Source: Candidatus Entotheonellaceae bacterium
GTDB lineage: Bacteria > Tectomicrobia > Entotheonellia > Entotheonellales > Entotheonellaceae
Assembly (NCBI GenBank): GCA_965238075.1
Contig: OZ250173.1
Span: 416,001-480,000, forward strand
Direction of reading: 5' to 3'
DNA: 64,000 nucleotides
Below the pieces are notes generated by a model that did no database searches, was not told where the DNA came from, and saw only the letters and a program-made list of their open reading frames with translations. The position numbers and the translations under genes were made by a program. Shown piece after piece: positions 20,530 through 30,610 of the stretch (within the stretch, counting starts at the first letter, position 1; every line of letters starts with the position of its first letter).

Positions 20530-22029
20530 ATGCCACAACAGGTGCTCGGCATTGCGCTTGAGGAAAATCACATTTCGGCGGTACGGCTGACGGGATACAG
20601 CAGGGCGTACGACGTTACGCTGGCGTTGCGCCAGCCCTTGCCGGCGCACGACGACCCGGAGGAGCAGAGCAGGCTGCAGCGCGAGACGGTGCAGCAACTG
20701 GTGGAGACGCACGGCCTGCGGGGCGACACGGTGCTGGCGTCGCTGCCGGCGCACCACGCCATCCTGCGCAACCTGGCGCTGCCGTTCCGCGACCTGCGAC
20801 GTATTCGCCAGATGATTACCTTCGCGCTGGACGAGCACATGCCCTTCGAGCCGGAAGACGTGGTGGTGGATTTTCGCCCGCTGCCGGTGCAGCAAGTCCC
20901 GCAACAGACGCAGGTGCTAGTGGCGGGCATGCCCAAACAGGAGATTGCGGGGTGCTTGGCCTTGCTCAACAGCGCTGGTCTGGCGCCTAATGTGCTCGAC
21001 CTCGACGTGTTCAGCCTGGCCAATGCCGCCGTGCTGGGCGGCAGCGGTATGCCGGGCAAGACGGCCCTCATGTACGTACACCCGGAGAGAACGCTGCTGA
21101 CCCTGCTGCAAGACGGTGTGCCGATTTTTGCACGCAGCCTGGCTCAGGGCATGCCGGCTGACAACGGCGACGTACCGGACGCGCAAAGACTGGGCAAGCA
21201 GTTGCAGCATACGCTTTACGCCTGCGAGCATACCGTGCAATTGACTTACGAGCCGGACCTGCTGCTGCTGTTCGGCGCAGACCGCGAGCAACTGGGAGGG
21301 TTGGCGGCCGCCCTTCACGAGGCCACCGGCACGCGGACGCAGGTGTGGCGGCTTGAGGCGCCGGGCTACAAACCGGCCAATGGCGGCGGCACGTCGCCCG
21401 ACGCGGCCTGTCAGGCAATCGCGCTCGGCGTGGCATTGCGGGGCCTGCATCGCCAGGCTCGGGGGCTGAATCTGCGTCGGGGAGCGTTTGCGCCGCACAG
21501 CAACCTGCGCGAACTGCGCGGCAAGCTCATTGCCCTGGGTGTTCTGGCGTTCGCCGTTGGCGGTCTGGGATTGGGCAACCTGTATTTGCAGAACCACTAC
21601 AAGGCCCGGCGCCTGGCGCAGTTGCAGGGCGGCATCGCCGAGGTTTTCAGCAATGTGCTGCCGGGCACACGCATGGTGCAGCCGGTGGCGCAGGTGCGTG
21701 AGAAAATGCGCGATCTCGACAGGCGCCTGCGAGCTTTCGGCGGCCTGACGGGGGCGCAGCTTCCCGGGCTTCAGATCCTGCGCGAGCTAAGCGCCCGCGT
21801 GCCGGCATCGCTGGGGGTCGAGGTCGACAACCTGAACATCAACGGCGCCATGATCGAGCTGAGCGCCAGCACGGCGTCCTACGCCAACGTGGTCAAGCTG
21901 CAAAGCGCCTTTGCCGCCTCGGCCCTCCTGAGCGACGTAACGATCGACAACACCCGGCAAGGGGCAAACAATACGGTGCAATTCAAGCTCAGCCTGCGTG
22001 CGGCGAGCGGCCTGGAAGGAACGCCATGA
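20530..22029 (+). CDS. gspL: type II secretion protein GspL (PilM/PilN-like)
   Basis: Actin-like cytoplasmic domain (LRNLALPF..HMPFEPEDVVVDF), LNLRRGAF, TM, periplasmic PilN-like domain. Confidence 0.8.
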   Translation: MPQQVLGIALEENHISAVRLTGYSRAYDVTLALRQPLPAHDDPEEQSRLQRETVQQLVETHGLRGDTVLASLPAHHAILRNLALPFRDLRRIRQMITFALDEHMPFEPEDVVVDFRPLPVQQVPQQTQVLVAGMPKQEIAGCLALLNSAGLAPNVLDLDVFSLANAAVLGGSGMPGKTALMYVHPERTLLTLLQDGVPIFARSLAQGMPADNGDVPDAQRLGKQLQHTLYACEHTVQLTYEPDLLLLFGADREQLGGLAAALHEATGTRTQVWRLEAPGYKPANGGGTSPDAACQAIALGVALRGLHRQARGLNLRRGAFAPHSNLRELRGKLIALGVLAFAVGGLGLGNLYLQNHYKARRLAQLQGGIAEVFSNVLPGTRMVQPVAQVREKMRDLDRRLRAFGGLTGAQLPGLQILRELSARVPASLGVEVDNLNINGAMIELSASTASYANVVKLQSAFAASALLSDVTIDNTRQGANNTVQFKLSLRAASGLEGTP

Positions 22030-22571
22030 ACTACTTTCACATGCTGCAGCGGCGCGAACAGATTTTCGTGATCGGCGCGGGTATTCTGGTTCTGGTGGTA
22101 GTGCTGTTCACCTTCGTCATTGATCCCATCCTGGCGCGCGCCACCAACTTGGACCGCCGGCTCGCTGCCGCCAGCCGCCAGTTCGGGGAGTTGCAGACTC
22201 TGCGCGACGATTACCAGCACCAGAAGCAGGTTATTGGCCGAATCGACGCACAGTTGAGGCGACAGAAGAAGAACGTGGCGATTTTTTCGCACCTGGAGCA
22301 AGTGGCCGAACAGATCGGCATCCAGGATAAAATTCAATCCATAAACACCGTTGCCAGCCCGCCGAACAGCGTCTACAAGGAAGACTCGGTAGAGATCAGA
22401 ATGGAGGGCGTCACCCTGGAGCACCTCATCCAATACCTCCACCGGGTGGAAAGGTCACAGCAGGTTTTGAGGGTCAAACGCCTGCAGGTCAACCCCATCC
22501 GTGATAACCGGCAACTGCTTTCGGTACGGTTCCGCGTCTCGGTGTTCAGCGTGATGGAGTCCGCCGGTTAG
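22026..22571 (+). CDS. gspM: type II secretion protein GspM
   Basis: LQRREQ..TM..P, coiled coil, ferredoxin-like C-terminus (EGVTLEHLIQYL..VE); ATGA overlap with gspL. Confidence 0.8.
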   Translation: MNYFHMLQRREQIFVIGAGILVLVVVLFTFVIDPILARATNLDRRLAAASRQFGELQTLRDDYQHQKQVIGRIDAQLRRQKKNVAIFSHLEQVAEQIGIQDKIQSINTVASPPNSVYKEDSVEIRMEGVTLEHLIQYLHRVERSQQVLRVKRLQVNPIRDNRQLLSVRFRVSVFSVMESAG

Positions 22572-22585
22572 GTCATTTGGCGGCG

Positions 22586-22615
22586 TTGAATTTCGCGGAT
22601 TACTCCCGGTATAAT
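22586..22615 (+). promoter_or_regulatory. sigma70-type promoter for the DUF1800 operon
   Basis: TTGAAT-18 nt-TATAAT. Confidence 0.5.
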
Positions 22616-22712
22616 GCGCCGTTGGTTAATCGGCTTTAATTAACGAGTTGCAGCCCTCTCAACCACCCCAGTTCCGATTCATCGTCGGACTCTGAACGGA
22701 GGAAGGTCGCAG

Positions 22713-24116
22713 ATGAAATCTGTTCGTTCATTGGTAGCCCACCTGATGCGGCGTGCCGGATTCGGCGCTACGCCGGCCGAACTCGATATCCTCACGAGAG
22801 ACAAGACCTACGAAGAAATCGTTGACGATCTCATTCATCCCGAGCGCGTTCCCGCCATGGACACTTCCCTCGTGGACCGCTACTACGGCGGCGAGCTGGT
22901 TGCCATCCACGTTGGCAAGTGGCTGTACCGCATGGTCAACACGCAGCGGCCCTTGGAGGAGAAGATGGCGCTTTTCCTGCACCACATCTTTCCCGTTGCC
23001 TGGGGCAAGAGCGAGCACGGGCCCTCCATCTACCGGCAGATTGACATGTTCCGCAGTGTCGCCATGACGGACATGCGAACCATCCTGCTGGAACTGTCGC
23101 GCGACCCCGCCATGATTTTCTGGCTCGACAACAACGAAAACCACAAGAACGAAATCAACGAGAACTACGGCAGGGAACTGCTGGAACTGTTCTCCATGGG
23201 CGTTGGCAACTACACCGAGGACGACATCAAAAACGCCTCGCGCGCCTTCACCGGCTGGACCTTCCGGCAGCCACTGTCGCTGTACCCGGTCGGCCACTAC
23301 CCCGCTGAGTTCGAATTCATCCCCGAAGACCACGACGACGGCCCGAAGACGTTCCTTGGCGAGACCGGGAATTTCAACGGCGACGACATCATCGACATCA
23401 TCGTCAAACAGCCTGCCGCGGCACGATTCATATGCCGCCACCTCTACAATTTCTTCGTCGAAGACGAGGTGCAGGTACCGTCCTGGGCAACGGTGCCGGC
23501 CAAGAACGAGGCGGCCCTTGAGCATCTGTCGGGCATTTTCTTGGACACCCAGGGCGACATGCGCGCCATCCTCGGGGCGCTGTTCAACGCGGACTATTTC
23601 AAGCAGGCCATCGACTTGCGTAAGGTGAAAAGCCCGACCGAGCTGGTGGCGGGTGTGCTGAAACAGACGGGCGAATTCCAGACGCCGACACCCGGCCTGC
23701 ACGAGTTTGGGGTCACGACGCTGAACGGCTCGCTGTACGAGGGCACCATGGCCATCATGGGCCAACGGCTACTCAATCCGCCGACCGTCGAGGGCTGGCA
23801 TACGGGGCACGAGTGGATCGATTCCGGCACCCTGAGCGAAAGAGTCGGCTTCGTTGAACGGCAGTTCGCCGACGGCTCCAAGCCGGGCGTCCAGGACATC
23901 GTGGCCCGCGCCGGCAGCCTGGACGGCGAACCCGGCCGGGTGGTGGAACGCTGCCTCGATCTGCTGGGCGGCGTCAAGGTCAGCGATAAGACCTTCGCGG
24001 CGTTGACGGCCTACACCGAGGAGCTCCAGGGCATGGAAGACAGCGGGCAGGATCGTGCCGGCGTCCACAATCTACTGCAAATGGCAGCCTCTACCGTTGA
24101 CTATCAGTTCGCCTGA
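22713..24116 (+). CDS. DUF1800 family protein
   Basis: HLMRRAGFG, LEEKMALF, PAMIFWLDN, NENYGRELLELFSMG, RAFTGW, PPTVEGW. Confidence 0.9.
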   Translation: MKSVRSLVAHLMRRAGFGATPAELDILTRDKTYEEIVDDLIHPERVPAMDTSLVDRYYGGELVAIHVGKWLYRMVNTQRPLEEKMALFLHHIFPVAWGKSEHGPSIYRQIDMFRSVAMTDMRTILLELSRDPAMIFWLDNNENHKNEINENYGRELLELFSMGVGNYTEDDIKNASRAFTGWTFRQPLSLYPVGHYPAEFEFIPEDHDDGPKTFLGETGNFNGDDIIDIIVKQPAAARFICRHLYNFFVEDEVQVPSWATVPAKNEAALEHLSGIFLDTQGDMRAILGALFNADYFKQAIDLRKVKSPTELVAGVLKQTGEFQTPTPGLHEFGVTTLNGSLYEGTMAIMGQRLLNPPTVEGWHTGHEWIDSGTLSERVGFVERQFADGSKPGVQDIVARAGSLDGEPGRVVERCLDLLGGVKVSDKTFAALTAYTEELQGMEDSGQDRAGVHNLLQMAASTVDYQFA

Positions 24117-24133
24117 TGAAGAAAGGGAAAGAT

Positions 24134-25273
24134 ATGAGTGCGAATAAAGCCGAGAACACGTTGGTCATCGTACAATTGACCGGCGGCAACGACTTCATGA
24201 ACACCCTGGTGCCGTATACCAACGAGCACTACTACGACGCTCGCAAGAAGATCGTCATTCAGCCGGATCAGGTGCTGCCGATCAACGACACACTGGGAAT
24301 CAACACCCATGCGGCGCCGCTGAAACGGCTCTATGACGAAGGCAAGATGGCGATCATTCAGGGGATCGGCTACCCGAACTCGAACCGCTCGCACTTTCGC
24401 GGCATGGATATCTGGCACACCTGCGAGCCCGACAGAGTGGGTAACGAAGGCTGGGTCGGACTGGCCGTGCGGGAATTGGATCCGCAGGCTGACAATGTGT
24501 TGACCGGCGTCAACGTCGGCATGGGCCTGCCGCGCGCCATGGCCGTCACTGGCGTGCCGGTCACCTCGGTCGGCGACCTGGAAAGCTACGGCGTCATGAA
24601 CCGGCTGGAAAAGGAAGCGCTGCGCGGCAAGGCCCTCGCGGCATTTGAGAACATATACGGCCAAGCCATCGGCACCGGCCCGGTGTCGGAATACATCGGC
24701 AAGACGGGCATCGACATTCTCAAGGGCGCCGACCTGCTGGCCGACGTGGCCGGCAAGTATAAATCCACGGTCGAGTATGCCGACAACGTCATCGCCAAGA
24801 ATCTCCGCGACGCGGCCCGCATCCATCTGGCGGGCCTCGGCACCCGCATCTTCTACACGGCGCACGGCGGCTACGATACGCACGCCAACGAGATGCCGAG
24901 CCACCCCAAGCTGCTGCAAGATCTCTCCGGCGCCATCTCGGATTTCTTCGATGACCTGGAAGAGCATGACGCCGCGGACGACGTCACCATGCTGGTGTTC
25001 ACGGAATTCGGCCGCCGCATGCGCGACAACGGCAGCGGCACCGATCACGGCTCCGGCGGCGGCGCCTTCCTGTTCGGCAATCAAGTGCAGGGCGGTCTGT
25101 ACGCGGAATACCCGTCGCTCGATCCCGCCGACTGGGAACACCGTGAGGACCTGAAGCACACGATCGATTTCCGCGGCATTTATGGGACGGTGCTTGAACA
25201 ATGGATGGGTGTCGAGGCCAAGCCGATCGTCAAGGGCACGTTCGAGCAACTGACGCCTTTCAAAGCTTGCTAG
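24134..25273 (+). CDS. DUF1501 family protein
   Basis: LVIVQLTGGND, GYPNSNRSHF, GGYDTH, TEFGRR, GTDHG, DFRGIY. Confidence 0.9.
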   Translation: MSANKAENTLVIVQLTGGNDFMNTLVPYTNEHYYDARKKIVIQPDQVLPINDTLGINTHAAPLKRLYDEGKMAIIQGIGYPNSNRSHFRGMDIWHTCEPDRVGNEGWVGLAVRELDPQADNVLTGVNVGMGLPRAMAVTGVPVTSVGDLESYGVMNRLEKEALRGKALAAFENIYGQAIGTGPVSEYIGKTGIDILKGADLLADVAGKYKSTVEYADNVIAKNLRDAARIHLAGLGTRIFYTAHGGYDTHANEMPSHPKLLQDLSGAISDFFDDLEEHDAADDVTMLVFTEFGRRMRDNGSGTDHGSGGGAFLFGNQVQGGLYAEYPSLDPADWEHREDLKHTIDFRGIYGTVLEQWMGVEAKPIVKGTFEQLTPFKAC

Positions 25274-25304
25274 CCCAAGCCGGCGGCAGCAGGGAGAGCG
25301 ACTT

Positions 25305-26330
25305 ATGACACGCCCACATGGATTACTGAGAGCAGGATATCCGTATCTGAAGACCCTCGGCATGCGCCGCATCACCAACTTCCCGACGGATATCGCCTTC
25401 GGGGATGACACGGCCTACATTTTGTGCCGCTCGGAGGGTGTGACGCTGATTCGTGTCTGGCCCATGGAGGACATGGAACAGCAAACCGATGACCTGAAGC
25501 AGATCGGCGGCTACGGGTCCGACGACGGGCAGTTCATCTGGCCGGTTCAGGTCATCACCAACGGCCATGGCGACCTCTACGTCAGCGATGAAGCAACCCA
25601 CCGCATCACACGGTTCAGCCAGGATGGCGAATTCTCGGGAAAATGGGGCACCGAGGGCACCAGCAGGGGCGAGTTGGACGGGCCGACCGGCATCGCCTTC
25701 GACGGCGACAGCAACATGGTCGTGGTCGATTCCCGCAACCACCGCGTGCAAAGGTTCACCGCCGATGGCAAGTACCTGGACGGCTTCGGCTCACACGGTT
25801 CAGAGCCGGGGCAGTTCAACCTGCCGTGGGGCGTGCACGTGGACGAGCTGGGCGACATCTACGTGGCCGATTGGGGCAACAACCGCTACCAGGTGTTTTC
25901 CGGCAGTGGTGAGTTCAAGCAAACCGTCGGCAGGCCGGGTAGCGATGAGGGCGAATTCGACCGGCCGACGGGTATCGCGGTGGACGCCCACGGCGACATT
26001 TACGTGGCCGACTGGGGCAACAACCGCGTACAGATGTTCAACGCCGAGGGGCATTACGTGTGGAGCTTCCACGGCAACGCCTCGCTGTCCCGAGTCGCTC
26101 GCAGCTACATGCTGACCAACGCGGTCTCCAACCGTCTGCGAGAAGTCGGTAAGCTGGAGCAGGAGCAGTTTCTGAGGCACCCGCGCTCGGTGCGCATCGA
26201 CGACGAGTTCCGGCTGTTCATCGCCGATTATGAATCGTACCGCATCCAGATCTACCAGAAAGACGCTATTTCCTTGGACGACACGCAGTTTGCCGCTCCG
26301 CTCCGCAATCCCACCCTTGAAGTCACGTAG
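25305..26330 (+). CDS. NHL-repeat beta-propeller protein
   Basis: Repeated G.F..P.GIAVD..GDIYVADWGNNR units. Confidence 0.85.
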   Translation: MTRPHGLLRAGYPYLKTLGMRRITNFPTDIAFGDDTAYILCRSEGVTLIRVWPMEDMEQQTDDLKQIGGYGSDDGQFIWPVQVITNGHGDLYVSDEATHRITRFSQDGEFSGKWGTEGTSRGELDGPTGIAFDGDSNMVVVDSRNHRVQRFTADGKYLDGFGSHGSEPGQFNLPWGVHVDELGDIYVADWGNNRYQVFSGSGEFKQTVGRPGSDEGEFDRPTGIAVDAHGDIYVADWGNNRVQMFNAEGHYVWSFHGNASLSRVARSYMLTNAVSNRLREVGKLEQEQFLRHPRSVRIDDEFRLFIADYESYRIQIYQKDAISLDDTQFAAPLRNPTLEVT

Positions 26331-26338
26331 GGCCGCGC

Positions 26339-26995
26339 ATGACGGGCACCGTGATGATCATCGGTGCGAGTCGCGGCATCGGGCTGGAGTTGGCGGGCCA
26401 ATATGCCGCCGACGGCTGGCGCGTCCACGCCACGACTCGCACCCCGGACCGCCCCGGCGCCTTGGGCCAACTGGTCGGCGACGTGGTGCTGCACGAGCTT
26501 GACGTGCGGCGGCCCGACCAGACCGCCGTCCTGGCCGCTGCCGTTGCATGCGAAGGCATCGATCTTCTGATCCATAACGCCGGCGTCATGGACCGGGGTC
26601 TGAGCTCCGAGGAGGTCATGGCGATCAACGCCGAGGCGCCGATTCGCGTAGCCCTAGCCCTGCTGGATGTAGTACGGCGCAGCCGTGAGAAGAAAATTGT
26701 TTTGATGACAAGCCAACTTGGAGCGCGTTATGGCAGCAAGCGCCGCCTCGGCACGTATGGCGAATCCAAGGCGGCGCTGAACGACCGGTTCCGCGAACTG
26801 GCGCCGACGTGGGGGGCTGAGGGCTTGATCGCCATCGTCATGCATCCCGGCTGGGTCCGCACCGACATGGGCGGGCGCGGTGCAACGCTTTCCGTGGAGG
26901 AAAGCGTTACCGCTATGCGGCGGGTCATTGCCTCCCTGACGGCAGCCGAGCACGGGTGCTTCTTGACTTGGGACGGGCGGGAACACGCTTGGTAA
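26339..26995 (+). CDS. SDR oxidoreductase (CsgA/C-factor-like)
   Basis: GASRGIG, HNAGV, YGESKAALN, HPGWVRTDMGG. Confidence 0.88.
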   Translation: MTGTVMIIGASRGIGLELAGQYAADGWRVHATTRTPDRPGALGQLVGDVVLHELDVRRPDQTAVLAAAVACEGIDLLIHNAGVMDRGLSSEEVMAINAEAPIRVALALLDVVRRSREKKIVLMTSQLGARYGSKRRLGTYGESKAALNDRFRELAPTWGAEGLIAIVMHPGWVRTDMGGRGATLSVEESVTAMRRVIASLTAAEHGCFLTWDGREHAW

Positions 26996-27010
26996 TCACA
27001 TCACCTTAAC

Positions 27011-27111
27011 CGTCACTCCGGCGCAAGCCGGAGTCCGGGTGTCTCTTTCGGACGATGTCGTGGGATTCCAGAGCCTGCCCCGGACTTGATCCGGGGTCGA
27101 GCCGAAATGAC
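27011..27111. repeat. CGTC-type REP doublet with nested palindrome
   Basis: CGTCACTCCGGC-GCAA-GCCGGAGTCC; inverted partner GGATTCC...TCGAGCCGAAATGAC interrupted by CCTGCCCCGGA-CTTGA-TCCGGGG; lies between convergent genes. Confidence 0.7.
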
Positions 27112-27133
27112 CGGTTTGTGTGTAGTGGCGGGT

Positions 27134-28303
27134 TCAAAGTTTTGAGGTGTCAACGGGCAGGCCCATCAAGTGCCGTCCGACCAGTTCGTAAAGACCGCGG
27201 CGGGCCTGGGTGTGCTGGCTGATTACGTGGATGTCCTGAAAGGCGCGCTGGATGAAGTGGGCGCCGTAGATAGCGGTCGTCCCGGCGGCATTGTAAATCG
27301 TGTCGATCACCTGCACGGCTAAGCGGATGGCGTGCGTCGTAGCGATGCGCAGGGCAGCCCGCTGGTCCATGCTCATTGCCCCCGTGGTATTCACCTCGTC
27401 CCAAGCGGTTCGCACCGTTTCGGTCAGCAGGCCGTGCCCGGCCCGCAGGTTGGCATCGGCGTGACCGACATCCGCCTGCACCATCGGCTGGTCGCGCAGC
27501 AGCCCCTCGACGGCGCGCGGCGTTTTTGTTCCCGCCAATTCGATGAACACGGAAAGGCAGGCACGCGCCAAGCCCAGCGCCACCGCAGCATCGCCCGAGG
27601 CGAACATCAGGGTGCGCGGGATTTGGTATAGGGGGCCGTTTTCGAGAATCGGGGCGGTGGCGGCGAGGACGCTCAACTCCTTGGGAACAAAGACATCCCG
27701 CACGGCGAAATGGTGCGTTCCGGTGCCGCGCAGGCCGCGTACGTCCCACGTATCGAGCAATTCCACGTCGTCAACCGGCACGAACAGGTAGCGCGTTTCC
27801 GGCTGGCCGTTTTCGAGTTGCCGGGGCTGTCCGTCTTCAACGATGAGGGCGTGCGGCGCCACCCAGGAGGCGTGCTTGCAACCGGTGCTGAAGCCCTGGT
27901 TGCCGGTCACGCGGTACCCTCCCGGTACCACGACAGCCTGTGCCGTCGGCGCCGGCGTGTTGGAAACGACGCTGCGCGGCGTGTCGATCCAGATCGAGCG
28001 CGCCACCTCACGGGGCATGCGGGCCGAAAAGGTCGCAAAGATGCCACCCTGGTTGACAACCCAGCCGGTGCTGGCGTCGGCCTTGCCAAGTTCTTCGATG
28101 ACCCGGATGTAGGTAGGCAGATCGAGCTCAGCGCATCCCAAGGCGCGCGGCAGGGCCATGTGGAACAGCCCGGCGTCCGCCAGCGCCTCGAAGAGCGGCC
28201 GCGGCAACTCCCGGTTGGCGTCGATCTCGTCGGCGCAGGCGCGAATTTTAGGGGCCATTTCGCAGGCGGTGTCGAGCAACGAGCAAGCCTCTGTCTGCAG
28301 CAT
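27134..28303 (-). CDS. acyl-CoA dehydrogenase-fold flavin-dependent hydroxylase (HsaA-like)
   Basis: DASTGW, GYRVTG..GFSTGCKHASW, DTWDVRGLRGTGT, IQRAFQDIH. Confidence 0.85.
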   Translation of the reverse strand: MLQTEACSLLDTACEMAPKIRACADEIDANRELPRPLFEALADAGLFHMALPRALGCAELDLPTYIRVIEELGKADASTGWVVNQGGIFATFSARMPREVARSIWIDTPRSVVSNTPAPTAQAVVVPGGYRVTGNQGFSTGCKHASWVAPHALIVEDGQPRQLENGQPETRYLFVPVDDVELLDTWDVRGLRGTGTHHFAVRDVFVPKELSVLAATAPILENGPLYQIPRTLMFASGDAAVALGLARACLSVFIELAGTKTPRAVEGLLRDQPMVQADVGHADANLRAGHGLLTETVRTAWDEVNTTGAMSMDQRAALRIATTHAIRLAVQVIDTIYNAAGTTAIYGAHFIQRAFQDIHVISQHTQARRGLYELVGRHLMGLPVDTSKL

Positions 28304-28462
28304 CAGAGTTGGCTTTCCATAATGGCGGCAAGCAATGGTTTCGCTCCCGGTCAACGGAGCGGATAAGAGATGGCCGCAGCCCTTTTCAGCGGCTGCGTAT
28401 CATAGCACATTCACGATTCCACAAGAGTCCTGGGCCGTGGCGCCCAACTACAGGAGACCACC

Positions 28463-29548
28463 ATGAACATTACCGACGTGCAAGCCCACGTATTGGCCAT
28501 TCCCATGGCGCCCGGCAAACAGAAAATGCCGTGGACGTGGGGAAATTTCAACCAAGTGATTATTTCCGTGCATACCGATGCGGGCTTGACGGGATACGGC
28601 GAGGCGTTCGGGTACGGCGTGCCGCAGGCCACCGCCTCGGTGGTGAGCGAGATTCTCAAACCCATGCTCGTCGGCGCCGACGCCACCCAGATCACCGCGC
28701 TGCAGGACCGCATGTTCCGCCACACCCACCTGTTCGGACGTTACGGTGTCACCAATTTTGCCATCAGCGGGGTGGACATCGCACTGTGGGACCTGGCCGG
28801 GAAGAGCGCCGGCTTGCCGTTGTACCGCCTGTTCGGCGGCGCCGAGGCCGCCGACGTGCCGGCCTATGCCAGCCTGGTTCGCTATGGGGCGCCGGAGCAC
28901 GTATCCGAGGCGGTAGCGGAGGCGCGGGATGAAGGCTATGACGCCATCAAATTGCACCAGGTGGACGTGGAAAGCGTGCACGTGGCGCGCGAGGCGGCGG
29001 GCGAGGACATTCTGCTGATGCTGGACGTCAATTGCGCCTGGACGCCGGACGAGGCGCTGGATATCGCCATGCAATGCATTCCCTACAATCTCTATTGGCT
29101 GGAAGAACCCATCTGGCCGCCGGAGGATTTCGAGGCGCTGGCGCATCTCGGGCAGGCCAGCGAGACGCCGATTGCCACCGGCGAGAACGCCTGCACGGTG
29201 TACCAGTTTCAACACATGATGGAAACCGGCTGCGCATCCTTTGTTCAACCGAGCGTCACAAAGGTGGGCGGCGTCAGCGAGTGGCGCAAGGTGGCGGCGT
29301 TGGCAGAGGCCCGCAATATCCAGGTGGCGTCGCATTCGCCGTACTTCGGTCCCGGCCTGCTTGCCACCGCGCACCTGGTGGCGGCCACGCCGCACGCGCC
29401 GTGGCTGGAGGTGCTTTACGCGCCGCAGGAAGCCAGCGTGTTCACCGAGGAGCCGCAGGTCGTGGACGGCATGTTTGCCGTGCCCCAAGGGCCGGGGCTG
29501 GGGCTGGAGATCGATCTGGACGTGTTGTCGCGTTACCGCGTGGCGTGA
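28463..29548 (+). CDS. mandelate racemase/muconate lactonizing enzyme family protein
   Basis: TDAGLTGYGE, SGVDIALWDLAGK, KLH, LMLDVN, WLEEP, ATGEN, GPGLG. Confidence 0.9.
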   Translation: MNITDVQAHVLAIPMAPGKQKMPWTWGNFNQVIISVHTDAGLTGYGEAFGYGVPQATASVVSEILKPMLVGADATQITALQDRMFRHTHLFGRYGVTNFAISGVDIALWDLAGKSAGLPLYRLFGGAEAADVPAYASLVRYGAPEHVSEAVAEARDEGYDAIKLHQVDVESVHVAREAAGEDILLMLDVNCAWTPDEALDIAMQCIPYNLYWLEEPIWPPEDFEALAHLGQASETPIATGENACTVYQFQHMMETGCASFVQPSVTKVGGVSEWRKVAALAEARNIQVASHSPYFGPGLLATAHLVAATPHAPWLEVLYAPQEASVFTEEPQVVDGMFAVPQGPGLGLEIDLDVLSRYRVA

Positions 29549-29778
29549 TGATGATTGAAATCCGTTAGCCGGCGAGTGGCAGCCTCACCCGTGCACGGCT
29601 GCCTCGTCGGGAGCGCCGAAGCGTAGATCCATAGCGACCCGCACGACGATGAACTATGCAGACGAACCAATTGCTGGTGATGGTCGTGTCGGGGCTGAGC
29701 TCGGCACCCAACACTTCAACTCCGAGGGAGACGCCGCCGCTACGGACGTTAGAGCGCCACTAACAGCCGTGGCAGGCA

Positions 29779-29806
29779 ACTTCGGATAAGGCCAGTTATG
29801 TTAACT
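29779..29806 (+). other. XerC/XerD dif-like recombination site 1
   Basis: ACTTCGGATAA-GGCCAG-TTATGTTAACT: 11-6-11 layout; right arm 10/11 identical to the canonical XerD arm TTATGTTAAAT. Confidence 0.85.
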
Positions 29807-29875
29807 GGATAGGTTTGGCTACGCCCTCTTTGGCTGTCGGCCCGCGTATCATCTCTTTCACTTGGAGTTGAGGTT

Positions 29876-30610
29876 ATGTTGACTACCAGCAATATAATTC
29901 AGCGAACATTTCACATACGATGGAAAAACTCGACAGGTACGGGTTTTACCGTCGATCATGGCTCTAAGCAGTATCTGGTTACGGCCTATCATGTCGTAGA
30001 TGGGATTAAATCAGGTGATGTCATTAAGATTTTTTATAAAAATGCCTGGGGCGACCTCGTCGTCGATGTCGTAGGAGTCGGTAAGGGCGAAGTGGATGTG
30101 GCCGTTCTTGCATGTTCCGTTCAGCTCTCTCCTTCACTTCCGCTGGTTCCATCGGCAGCGAACCTCTTTTACGGTCAGCCTGTCCAATTTCTGGGATACC
30201 CCTTTGGTTGGGACAGCGGAGGCAAGCGAACATCTGGGAATCGGGGAATCCCATTACCTTTTGTAAAGGCTGGGATCATTAGTGCGCTGGACTTCGACGG
30301 GGATGTAAAACGGATTTTCTTGGATGCGCACGGCAATAAGGGGTTTAGTGGTGGCCCGGTGGTGTTTGAGCCGCATGCGAAACCCAATGCCGAGTTACAT
30401 GTGGCCGGTATCGTCTCATGCTTCCCAATATCGAAAAACTGGCGAAACTGGCTGCCGGTTGTGGACCACACAGGCACCCCGATAACTGATCCTCAAGGAA
30501 ATCCGCTTGGATATGTTCAAGATAACCCTGGAATCGTGGTTGCATTCAACATCAAACACGCCGTAGATATGATTGACGCCAATCCAATCGGTTTTCAGTT
30601 GCCTACATAA
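29876..30610 (+). CDS. trypsin-like serine protease domain protein (cassette 1 cargo)
   Basis: GTGF, LVTAYH (His), DVAVL (Asp), FLGYP, GFSGGPV (Ser); AT-richer codon usage than flanks; GAGG RBS. Confidence 0.8.
   Translation: MLTTSNIIQRTFHIRWKNSTGTGFTVDHGSKQYLVTAYHVVDGIKSGDVIKIFYKNAWGDLVVDVVGVGKGEVDVAVLACSVQLSPSLPLVPSAANLFYGQPVQFLGYPFGWDSGGKRTSGNRGIPLPFVKAGIISALDFDGDVKRIFLDAHGNKGFSGGPVVFEPHAKPNAELHVAGIVSCFPISKNWRNWLPVVDHTGTPITDPQGNPLGYVQDNPGIVVAFNIKHAVDMIDANPIGFQLPT

Noticed and set aside
29649-29789. 46-aa ORF ending in the XerC arm of site 1 (…AGNFG*)
   Set aside because: No RBS or recognisable motif; may be chance.
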